From positions 109,079 through 173,078 of the forward strand of contig CDMY01000193.1 in NCBI GenBank assembly GCA_001179505.1: a stretch of DNA of 64,000 nucleotides, given 5' to 3'. The notes under the pieces are model-generated. The model was not told where the DNA came from. It searched no databases and worked only from the letters and a program-made list of their open reading frames with translations. This stretch comes from Vitrella brassicaformis CCMP3155 (lineage: Eukaryota; Protista; Chromerida). Position numbers and translations under genes: made by a program. Of the stretch, positions 48,522-60,221 are shown piece after piece; the stretch's first letter is position 1, and each line of letters begins with the position of its first letter.

Positions 48522-51500
48522 TACTGTCGTCGTCGTCGTCATATGATTCATCCTCCTCCTCATAGAACGACATCGCGGCGGCAGCAGCAGCGGCCTCTCT
48601 CAGGTCCTTGCACTGCTCGAAGTGGATGCTCCACGGATCGCTGATATTCCATATCCCCTAGGCAGCCAGCTGCTTTTTCAGCCTTCGCGAGTGCAGCATC
48701 AGCGTCTCGCAAAGCGACCCGTATTCCACGCCCAGAGTGACATGCAAAGTCACCGCCAGCAGCACCGGCACCTCGGCACACGCCGCCGGCCGGGTGTAGA
48801 GCCCGGAGTGGAGGCAGTAGGACTCGAACACTCTTGGCGTGTAGCCCGCCTCGCAGCCGGCCATGACGTGCTCCTCCTCCAATGCGTATGCGCTCGACTG
48901 GCATGTGGTGGCGTTGACGGTGCCGTCGAGCCTGGAGATCCAGCAGCGGTCGGCCTGGGGCGGGTTGGGAAGCGGGCACTCGCCCAGCTCCTGAATGGAG
49001 TTCTGGTTCACCTGCACGTACTCGTTCTCATTCACCACCTGGTATACAGACAGAGACACCATACATACCATGATGGACATACACATACACATACACATAC
49101 AGACATTATGGAAACGAGAGCCCACCGTCAGAAGGTTGGCGGCGTTCGGCTTGTCCGCAGGCGGTGGCCCGTCCCTCACGTGCGCGTCTCTCAGCACCAC
49201 ACTGAAGCTGTCCTTTGTGTCGGTGGGCATCCGCGACATGTCCGACAGCCGGCCCACAACGTCCTCCTTTAGCTCACCGAACGTCCTGGCGCTCATCGCC
49301 ATACGATACACCTCCCTCTCCCCCTCCCCGCCCTCGTCAGCCGTCTTGTCGCAGTGGTCCTTGATCACCTCTATGTCCTCTGCGCCGTTCTGCAGCCTCA
49401 GTTCCCTCGCCATCCATTCCTTCAACACCTGCTGCTCGTACTGCAGCCTGCATTGGCCGTGGCCGGTGATATACACGTCGAAGGAAAGCACTGCGCGGCT
49501 GTTCGCGTCACATCCGGCGATCTCCCAGCAGTCGGTGGTGTTGGAAGGTTTCTTGACGTCGTCACAGTGGTACTCTGTCGGCGCGCCACACGTGACAGTC
49601 CGGTGCCGCTTGCCGGGGCCGCAGTTGCGCGAGCACCGCGACCAGCTGGTGGTGACCCACCCGACACACTTCGGCGGGGGGTTGCTCCATGTGCCGTTGG
49701 AGAGACATGTAGCCGAGTGCGGGCCTCTGAGGGTGAAGTCCTTGGCGTTGGTCGCAGTAGGGTCTGCCCCTGATGTGTCGGACATGACTGAGCCGTGGGG
49801 GATGGTCGGCCAGGGGTAGGGGCCACACGTGGCACGCTGACAACGAGGCACCGCACCACTGATGGCAGAGTGACAGACAGGAGGTGCATGAAAAGGTGGG
49901 GCCTCTCACGTACTACATGGGTGGACCTGCGTCTGCTCTCCTGTAAGATCCGTCGATTTGGCACTGCATGATGGCCTCCCCGACGAGAGTGAACCCCTCG
50001 TCGCACTCCCATATGACCTTGGTGCCGGCAACGAGTCCCATCTCGCCGCCCACGCCCGGCTCTCCCTGCTTGTGGCTGGGGAGGTGGATGTGTCGGTGAA
50101 GGTGCCACTGGTCTTTGGGCTTGACGATCTCTGCCACGTCGCACACGACGGGCTCGCACTCGGGCGGGATGGGGTGGGTGTACTCCATACGGCTGACGTC
50201 AGAGGGGTCGTGCTCGTTGCCACACACAGTAATCTCCGGGCCCTTCAGAGTGTACCTGACCAAACCAATGAAGCAAGGAGACACATGGCATGGATGCATA
50301 CCTCCCTGTCACGAGTGAGTGGCTGGTGTCTCCTGCTCACCCGTCGTCGCACACGAATCGGATTTTCGACCCTGGCGCCCACCCACCGTCCTCACCCAGC
50401 AGCCGGCCATGAAGTGGTGGCGTAATGGGCCCACAGGTGAACACCTCCACCCTGGCCGCGTGCGGATGGTCCAGCACGGGCGACGACTCGGCCTCCTCCT
50501 CGAGAACGTCATTGAAGTGCGTCGCGCCCAGCAGTGTCCTCGCGAGCTCGTTGCTGGTGTAGTTGGTCTCAATGAGCGTGTTGGGCGCTGCAGAGGGGTC
50601 GGTAGATACCCCTAGTCGCGTGTTGATAACCGGGACGTAAGCCGAGCCGTTCCAGCGGTCGAGCTCGAGCGACTGGGGTGGGATGCCCTCCCGGCCGCCC
50701 ACATGCCGGTGGTCAGCCGGGCCCTGGCGCACAACGAAGCAGTGGATCGCTGCTGCTTTGTTCACCTGGAGGGCCAGCCAGGGACCCTCGATCGGGTTCA
50801 GCGACGCCGCCCAGTTCTCCGTTTTGCTGACAATGGTGTCATTGGAGTGTGCGGTGACATTGTAGTGCCACGCAGTGGACAGCGAGCCGTCGACGGCGTG
50901 CTGTGGGGGGTGGTCGGGGGTGTATCCGGCAGCGGTGATGTCCTTGATGGAGAGGGCGAGGCGTGAGTCGGGGTGGCAGTGGGCGTCGCTGTAGAACTCC
51001 ATCTCATACACAGTCCACACCTTGGCATCCTCCGCTTTCAGACCCTTAACAAACAGGGAGGGAGGGACGACAGACAGACAGATATACAAGTGTCTGCGTC
51101 ATTACGTATGTTGTCACATCGGCTCATTGCTGACCTCGCTGCCGTAGGATCGCTTCACACGGATGCGGTAGTGGGTGTTGGGCTCGGGAGAACAGGGAGG
51201 TGGGTCGCCAGTGCTCCAGGTGCCATTGGCCAGGCATCTGGTCTGCACCACAGATGACGCCACCTCCTCGGGAAACTGCCACCCATCCTCACAGCGCATC
51301 TCGATTGTCGATCCCTTGGTCCAGAAGAAGCCTCCCTCACTGCTGAAGGGAGATATCTGCTGCAGCGATAGGTGCCGCCCCCGTGTGGCGTTGAGGTCGA
51401 TGGCACCGCATGAGATGGCTGTGCAGGTGATCTCCGTTGGGTCAGACGACCACATTCCCGACGACTCACAGGTGATTTTGCTGGGGCCATTGAGTGTGCC

Positions 51501-52403
51501 TTCGTCACACGAGAAGGTAACAACGTCGCCCACATAGTAGGAGTTGCCCGTCCGCCGTCGGTGGGGGTGCTTGTTGGTGTCGGGATTGGGGCACGATATG
51601 TGGACGCACTCCTCGTTCTCGTCATACTCGAATATGCCCTCCTTGGTGCACACGGCCGTGATGGGGTTGTCACTCCGGTAGCCCTGGACACACTCGTAAG
51701 CCACTTGCATCCCAACCGTGTAGCTGAAGGTGCTGCTGGGAGGCAGCCCGCCCTCATGAGGCACAGGCACCCTTTCGCCGGTCACAGTCGAGTTGAGAAG
51801 AGAAGCCTTGGTGTTGCGCAGGACAGGAGGCGCGTCACAGGTTACCGGCACGCACTCGGGCGGGTTGTCCGTCCACTTGCCCCTCCCCTTGCAGCGGATC
51901 TCCGCCACGCCTTTCAGCAGGTAGCCCTCCTCGCATCGGTAGGCCAGCACCGATCCCGGCGCGTCCTTCTCGCCCTGCAGAGCGGTCCGGTTGTAGTGGG
52001 CATGGGGCAGCAGGGGGGGCTCGAAGCATCCCGTCTGCGGTGATGCCGCGGGCTGCTTGGCCGTGGAGTTCTCCTGGGTCAGCGATATGCTGGGCAGGGG
52101 GAGGGGCAGCGTGACGCGATGGTGCTGGTGGTTGTGGGTCGTCCTCGCCGAGGAATCATTGGATATGTCGCGCATTTGAAGGAACGCCATGTCGTGTTCC
52201 ACATCGTCATCGGGCAGCGAGGCCGGCACCATGAAGGCCACGGCGCCCTTGGCCTCCACCAGCACCTGTCTGCGCCGCCCGCTCTGCAACTTGTTCCTCA
52301 GTATACCCGCCTCCACACTCTCGAGAGCAAGCGACCCGCACACAGCCAGCAGCCCCACCAGAAGCCCCTCCCATCTGCCGCGAATTGACGGCCTCGTCGC
52401 CAT
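46858..52403 (-). CDS. Secreted multidomain adhesin-like protein: sushi/CCP repeats, discoidin/galactose-binding-like domain, TSP1, ETxxDCGG Cys repeats
   Basis: Signal-like LLVGLLAVCGSLAL; at least 6 CCP-type units (e.g. YRCEEGYLLKGVAEIRCKGRGKWTDNPPEC); AVDGSLSTAWH; TSP1 WSRCSRNCGPGKRHRTVTC; repeats ETGIDCGGSCKPC and ETDVDCGGLDCAPC. The 3' end is approximate. Confidence 0.85.
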
Positions 52404-53497
52404 AGCCGTGGGAACGTTCTGACTCGGCCTTGCGCTGCTGGTGTCGGTGCTGCTGCTGCAGGGGGCCTGTCGGCAGGGCACAGGAGAGGTGTCGGCCATT
52501 ACAGATACATATCAATGAGGGACGGGGCTGGACGGGTTGCGATGCTGCCTGACGAAAGAAAGAGAACGCAATGCAATCATCATCAAACATCAATTGCATT
52601 CCCGGTGTATCTGTGCGTTCTTTCTGTCAGTCACCGAGCAGGTGTGCTGCGATACAAGTGCGTGCGATGCAGAAGCGTTCTTGAGGCACCCCACCCGTGC
52701 GATGCAGGAAAGTACAGAGAGAGCCCCTCACCAATGAGAGGATTGGGAACCTCGAATGAGAATGTAACAATGGTTAGCAGTGCTGATGAACCTTCATCGC
52801 AGACACTTGCAATGCCCTTGTCGCGAGGGGGGAGGAGAGAGGTCACCCCCAATGTCAGCTCGCAAAGCCTTAGGACGTCCGTGAAACCGCTCTCTCGGGG
52901 CCCCTGCGAGCTCGCGCGGAGAGTGAGGAACGCACGCGAGGCGAGGACTCTTTTACTTACTGCAATACAAACAAAGAGTCTCTGGAGGCATTTTTCTCAA
53001 GGCAGCAGTGCGTTGACAAAATCTCACAAAATCGGGGCATGAGCTGGGGCATGAGAGAAGGCTCAGGAGGCAAAGTCACCGCTCACTGGCTCGTTTTCCT
53101 TCTTGCTGCTGCTTCCCGTGGCCAAAGGGCGATGCTGGCTTCTTAACGCTTGGCTGTCTGCGAGTGATTACGCTTCTCTTTCTACCTCTACCTCTACCCC
53201 CTCCCTCCCTCCCTCGTGTGGTCGTATGTGTGTCTGACTGACTGACTGAGATGGTCGTCAGCTGCATGACGCTAATTGAGACTTTCTGTGTGAGGGGCTT
53301 TTCCTTGTCGTGTGCATATGTCAACGGCCCGACCGCTGATTGAATAGTCGGGCAGGCTGGCGTGTTGGAATGCTCACCGACGATAAGCCTCCAAGGTACA
53401 CGCACACACACACACACACACGGAGTGCAGCAGACACACAGACACACTCATATATCTCTTTGTCATAATGTGTGGCTCGTGTGTGTGTGTGTATGTG

Positions 53498-55922
53498 ATG
53501 GCTTCGTTCAGTTCCCCTCTGCAGTATCCATGGCCGTTCGAAGCATCGTCTCACATCCTTGTCAACAAGAAGGTCTCATCCACATCAACATCCCGACCTG
53601 CGCCACTCCCACCACTCCCACCACCCGCCATCTCTGACAAGCAACACCCGCAACACCACCAACAACAACAGCAGCAGCAGCAGCACTTGGCTGACCGACC
53701 TGAAGACTCCCCGCCCCCTCTGCAAGAGCAGACACCCAGCAGCCCCATCCAACCGTCGTGCGACGACAAGCCCCAGCCAAAGGCGGCGGCAAAAGCAGAG
53801 CCACGTGCTGAAGAGTTCAGCCCCATCCCGATTGCCCTGCCAGCGCGGGCGTACCTCAACGACCGGAGCGACGGTGCGCATCCGTCGCCCATCCTGACGA
53901 TCCAACGGCCGCCGATCTTCAACCCCAAGGGTCCGCTGCCGACATTGGACGACATGAGGAGCGACTGTGTGGACAACAGCAGCAAGGGGGAGGGGGTGGG
54001 CATCGACGATATCAAGGACACTGAGAGCGACTGGGGGGTACTCGAGAGGGACGACAGCGAATTCGACGAAGAGGGTGAGTGAGAGAATGAATGACAAAGA
54101 AATGTCTGCCTTGAGTGGCGGGCAGGATCCATGTCTGTGTGTATGCGTGTGGGCGTGTCTGTGTGGCTCACTCGTGTCTGCAGGCAGTGCTCGATTTGGG
54201 TTTGGTTTCGACGACGATGTGCCGGATGGGAGCGGCAGCGAGAGGAGCATTTGCCTGCCGATGGAAGAAGTCTGGCTGCCACACTGGCGCAAAGACGTAC
54301 GCCGATGGAGCAACGACACCATACACACACACATCCATCCATCCACAAATCATTCATCTGTCATTCATTCTGTCTTTCGTTCGTCCCAGGAGCTGCACAA
54401 GGCTGTGGAGCTGTCCTTCATGCTGCCCAGTTTGGACCTCCCCATCCCCACCCCCCGCCGACCACGCAAACTCACAGCTCGCGACCGCTCCCTCTCCGTG
54501 CCCAACATCCCCGTCCCCGACTCGCCCGACCCACCCGCCCGCTTCCTCGCCGAGCAGGATGGGCAGACAGACCCCCTCTTCTCACATGCCCTCGATATCG
54601 CCGTCGACATGAATCTCGAGGCGGGGTGCGCCCTCGGTGCTGAGGAGGAGAGAGAGGGCTCGGCGAGCACCGTGGATTTGAAGGCGGTGGAGGGCACGTC
54701 GAGCACTGGGCGGACCACGACGGCCGACGGCAGCGGGGGCAGCCCCAGCGGGTTCCACCTGACCCCGCTGCACCATGGGCAGAAGGAGGGCGGCGAGAAG
54801 ATCCCTGTCATGCCCGACCTCTGGGGATGGCTCAAGGGCGATCCCAACCACCACAATCAGGTGGACCACTCCCACGCCATCCGTCAGCACAAGCACCACC
54901 AGCCCGTCGTCTGCCCCTCGCCCATCTCGCCAATCTCCCGGCCCTTCACCAGCATCTTCCGCGACTGCGAGATGACCAAGCGCCACGACGCCAAGGAGTT
55001 CCTCCCGCCAGACCTGAGGCGGCCGGGCATCCCCATCATGCCGGGGCAATTCGAGATCGTCCCCGGCCGCGGCGAGAGAGAGACCAGGAGCAGGGAGCAG
55101 AGCGAAGACGGCAGGAGCAGTGGCCAGGTGCGCACCTATCGCTTCGTGTCCAATCCGCGGGCCAAGATCGCTATGCGACAAAGGGGGCGGGGGAGAGGGA
55201 AGATGGGCGTCAAGCGCATGGGCGCGGTGCTCGCCAAGGCTGCAGCGCCACCAACCACCATCCCACCCGCACCCACGCCGCCCGGTGAGTAACTGAGTGA
55301 GTGAGTGAGTCAACAGAGGGTGTGGTACACTGTACATTTATTTGTCTGTGTCTGTCATGTGTGTGTAGACGTGCGTGGTGCGGCTGGGTTCAAGCCCTCT
55401 CAGCTGCTGCGGCCCCCTTTGGCCATCCAGCACGCCGACCTGCTGCACGCGTCCTTCACGCAGAAGCTGCAGCAGCAGGCCAAGCGGATGAGTGTCGCCC
55501 CCGCGGTGCTGCCCAAGAAGACCACCTCGTCCAGCGTCTCCTCGCCATGCCCCTCGGAGAGCAGCTTCAGCTTCGTCCCCTTCCGCGTGACGACACCAGC
55601 TAGTCGTGGCAGCAGCAGCAAGCCATCCAGCAGTGAGTCGCTCCCCCTTCTGCTGTCTGTGCGCACAGGCCTGGTCCACCGCGTGCTGCACGAGGGTGCG
55701 GGGCGGGGCAGTGGGCGGCCGGGTGATGCGGCGGCTGGGGGGCTGAAGCCCGCTTACAAGAGCCAGCGGAGCGTTACGAGCGAGAGGGGTGAGCGGCCGA
55801 GCTCGCGGCCCAGCTCTGATGAGGATCTGAGGGCGATAATGGGGCCGTTCCCCATTGCCCTTCACGGGGGGCCGAAGAAGCCCAAGGAAGGCGCCGTGAG
55901 CACAAAAAGGCGCGCTGAATGA
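53498..55922 (+). CDS. Multi-exon low-complexity (Pro/Ser-rich) hypothetical protein
   Basis: Long ORFs 53468-54082, 53967-55292 and 55305-55922 separated by GT-AG introns. No recognised domain; start uncertain. Confidence 0.55.
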
Positions 55923-55959
55923 CTACTGGTGGGAGAGGGGGAGGGGGGGAGGTCGGGGG

Positions 55960-56259
55960 NNNNNNNNNNNNNNNNNNNNNNNNNNNNNNNNNNNNNNNNN
56001 NNNNNNNNNNNNNNNNNNNNNNNNNNNNNNNNNNNNNNNNNNNNNNNNNNNNNNNNNNNNNNNNNNNNNNNNNNNNNNNNNNNNNNNNNNNNNNNNNNNN
56101 NNNNNNNNNNNNNNNNNNNNNNNNNNNNNNNNNNNNNNNNNNNNNNNNNNNNNNNNNNNNNNNNNNNNNNNNNNNNNNNNNNNNNNNNNNNNNNNNNNNN
56201 NNNNNNNNNNNNNNNNNNNNNNNNNNNNNNNNNNNNNNNNNNNNNNNNNNNNNNNNNNN
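55960..56259. other. Assembly gap (300 N placeholder)
   Basis: Run of 300 N flanked by G-rich sequence. Confidence 0.99.
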
Positions 56260-58073
56260 GGGGGGAGGGGGAACGGGGTCTGACAGCTGCTGGAAATGAA
56301 GCCGAAATTGTTATCAGGTCGTCTGTGTCGATGAATGGCGACACACTCGGTGTGTGTGCGTGTGTATGGGTGTGTATGGGTTACAGAACAGGGAAATGGA
56401 CGGCCATGTGGTCCGTTGGGTGTCGAATCGACGTCCAGAACGTCAAGTCACCTTACTACTGGCTCGATCTTGCTTGCTTCCATCCATCAGACGTACGGCG
56501 ATGTGTCTTTTTCTAAGCCGCCTGACTGCTGACAGACTGCTGGCTGACACGCGTGTGTGTCTTTTCACCTTTTCTGGTGGGGTGGGTGCTGTTTTTCTGG
56601 TGGGTGAGCGCTGTGTTTGGTGCGTGGCTGCATTTGCTAACGATCGCTGGCTGACCCACCGAGGGATGGGACCGGAGGGAGGGAGGGAGGGTCGGTGGGG
56701 AGAGAGAATGAACCAAATGTATTGATTGACACGTTTTGTTTCCCACTGCCTGCTTGTCTGCCTGCCTGAATGGTGCATTCGGCCATGTGTGTGTGTGTGT
56801 GTGTGTATGTGTGACGTCAGTCCAAACAGAGCAGCCAATGCTATGCTCGTGTGGCTGGCTGCATATGCGCGGTGTGTCATGTCACGTTATGCTGCACGAA
56901 CGAATGTGTTCCTTACTTGAGGCACACAACACACGGCGACCGCGCGAGCGAGAAAAGGAAATGAGCCATTGAGCTCAGCTTAGCTCAGCTGTGTGTGTGG
57001 GCATTTTGACAGCTAACTTGACCGTTTGTCTGTTTCACATTTTCATTGACTGACTTGGAAGAAGGAGCGTAACGTTTGGTTCACTCACTCAGTCACTCAC
57101 TCGGTCAGGCACTCGCATGCTTGGGATGCACCAGCTGCACACACGGCGGCCAGCACGCAGACACAGACAGACACACACCAGCGGCCACAGCCATGCAGAT
57201 CCAAATGCATGAAATGTATGTGTGTGTGTGTATGTTTTGGCGGAGGGTTGCTTTGCTGCATCTACTTACATAAACTGCCTGCCTGCCTGCCTGCCGACCA
57301 GGGGGCGGCTATTTTGACTACTCGGTTGGGTGAGGGGAGAGGAGAGAGGGTGAGGGGACAATCCAATCGCATGAGTACACTAGACACACTCCCATACACA
57401 CAGTCTGGACAGACAGACAGACAGACAGACAGACAGAAGGACACTCACTACGACAGACACGCGTCACATCAATTTATAGGATTCGTATCCGGTACACTCC
57501 CTCGCTTCCCGATGATGTATGCAAGCAAACAGGGTTTTGTGTGAGGAGGGGGGGGGGGAGGGGGGTCGGGCATCGTGGCAAGCGTACCGATCCAAGCCTT
57601 TCGAAAATGTTCGAACATGATTGCACGGGCAGCACCAACCAATTGGACAGCACCAGGGAGGGGACAGAGGGAGGGATGAAGGGGTGGGAGCGAGGGGCGA
57701 TGTGATGTTGATTGTCGGTCGACGATGCACTGAGTCAGTATAGTGGATGCCATGCCATGCCATGCGTTGGTAGGTAGGTAGATAGTGCGTGAGTAAATGA
57801 TCCCGTAGGAGCAAGGGGGGAAGGGGGAAAGAGGGACAAGACAAGACAAGACACGAGTAGCTGAGCTGGCTACCTGTAATAGTGGAGGGCGCGGGGAACA
57901 GACAGCCAGCCAGCTGGAGAAACGTTTGTTTATTCGTCGGACACCAATCCGTGCAATCCAATTAATTGCTGACGTCACCAGCCTTTCTGTCTCACTGGCC
58001 CGACACAGCCTCTGTTTATCTCAACATGTACAGCCACCAAACAACCGACCGTTCTATCAAACCAAACGATTGA

Positions 58074-60110
58074 TCACCTCCCCCTCCCTCTGTCTGCCGC
58101 TTGCACCGCTTGACTCAGCCACAGCAACGCACCTCCGAACACCGTCCACAAACGCATCGGCCGCACCATCGTGCATGCCGCCCTCCCCGCTCTCGGCTGC
58201 ATCGAGCAGGCGTCTCTGCGGCAGGCTTGGTATCGGTGGCGGCGACCAGATGTCCTGACTGTCCTCTGTTGCTGCTGTGGGTGGAGGGGGGAAATGGAGC
58301 AGTGAGGCCTCGCCAAAGATGTCACGCAGCAGATAGTAGAGCGAGAGGAAACCCGCTGATGGGATGGCACGTCATATACACAAATGTGTTTCCCCGTATG
58401 GCTTGTGTGACGTACGTTGCCACTTACGCCTTTGCAGCAGCTGTGTAGTGTCGGGCTCGGCGGTGCGGAGGAGGGAGCTCACACACTCCTGCACACACCA
58501 CACCACACCACACCACAACGCGCCACATGGAGTGACAAGACTGCCTGTGGGTCTTGTGAGGGGGGAGGAGGGACACCCCCACGGACCATCAGGGCGATTG
58601 CGTAATTCTCCTGCTGCTGCCTCAGATCCCTCGCATGGCCATTGCGGGGCGGCCGACACTCCTGTAAACACACATACGTCCATCCATCCATCCATCCACA
58701 CAGAAGCGGTTGTGTGTGGGCAGCTCACGTCGAGCACTAGGCTCCTCACGATATAGTAGCCGATGGGCAGGAGAGCCGTCGACAGCGCATCGAAGCCGAG
58801 CTCCCTCAAACCCTGATCAGTCACCACACACACACACACACACACACAGGCCTGTGCATTGCAACTCAGGCGGCTGGGACCACAGCACACGACCCCTCCC
58901 TCCCCCTCTCCCAATGTGCTAGCCTACATAGAGTGCGCCAACTTTGCTGGCGTACGACACGCGCATCGACTCCGGTTTGGCGGCGCTGCCGCTACTGCTG
59001 CTGGCCGCCCGGCTGGCGAGTTTTCTGCCCTGGTCGACAGTGGGCGTCCTCAGCACCCGCTCGTAAAGGTTGCCGAGGTGCAGGGCCGCCGGACCACGCA
59101 CCGACGGCGGGAAACTGAGAGGCAGAGAGAGAGACCAGCTATCAGCGGGAGATTTCACTCATGCGGCACGGCCTCGCTGATGTACCTGCACACAATGTCG
59201 GCCAAGTGCTGCGCCCCACAGACAGACAGACAGACAGACCGACACGATTGGTGGCCGTACGTTTGTGTTGCTTGTGTTGCATTCCCTTCACTTCACCCGT
59301 GCAGCGATTCTTCTGACGCTGAGCTCAGAGGGGTGGAAATCCTCCATCGCTGCACACACGGGGGGATGAAGTGAGGGCTGCGATGCGGGCAGGAGAGCGA
59401 GATGTGTGTGTCAGCGACTGCAGTGCTGCTGATTACTGCCGTATCCATAGGCGAGAGTCCACTGGATGAGCGGCAGCATGTAGGCGTCAATCTGACGGAC
59501 ACACAGACAGGCAGACACCACACCAGCAGCACAAAAGGGCAATGAGCACAGAAGCCCGCTAGGTGTTGTGTTCCAACCGATGATCCATCCATCCATCCAT
59601 CTGTGTGTGCCTGTCGTGTCGGCGTACGTGTCGCTCTTTGTGTTGGTGTGTGAGGTGCGGGTTGCTCAGCAGCGCCCGTACAAGCGACAGACCCACACGC
59701 CGCTCGCGAAGCTCCCAATACATGCCCTAGTGCGTCCATCCATCAGTCAATCAACCACATTGGCAGAGAGGGAGAAACCAGCAGAGAAAACACCACTGGC
59801 AGTGAATGCAGTGCACCCGTCCCGCTTGGCTCACCCTCTGGTTGACTTGCGTCAAGATGAGCCGCACAATCGGCGGCACCGAGGCGCTCACAGCTATCTC
59901 GCCAAGCAGATCTGCACACAAGGCAAGGACGCAGTGAAAAATGCATCCGTCAGCCTCTGTGTGTGAGGCTCTGCTTGTCTGCCGGGATGACTGACCATTG
60001 ACCCTGGATTGGTCTCTGGCGTCTTCGAGGCACCTGAGTATCTTCTGCAGCAGGTGGCGCGACTCGAGCGAGTCCGGCGGGGCACGGAAACCCGATATCG
60101 ACACCTCCAT
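58074..60110 (-). CDS. Multi-exon hypothetical helical-repeat (HEAT/ARM-like?) protein
   Basis: Manual splicing gives MEVSISG...SRVNDLLGEIAV...QRGMYWELRERRVGLSLVRALL...IDAYMLPLIQWTLAY...SELSVRRIAARHLADIVCRYISE...LRELGFDALSTALLPIG. The 3' end is unresolved. Confidence 0.55.
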
Positions 60111-60127
60111 GTCCTTTTTCTGCGAGA

Positions 60128-60154
60128 TTAGGGTTTGGGGTTATAGGGTTCAGG
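60128..60154. promoter_or_regulatory. Degenerate telomere-like/telo-box cluster upstream of the 60110 ATG
   Basis: Plus strand TTAGGGTTTGGGGTTATAGGGTTCAGG, which includes AAACCCTAA on the minus strand. Confidence 0.35.
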
Positions 60155-60221
60155 AACCCAGCAGAACGAGTGCGCATGCACATGAATATCACTTTGAATG
60201 TGCCCATGTTAGTTAGCTAAG

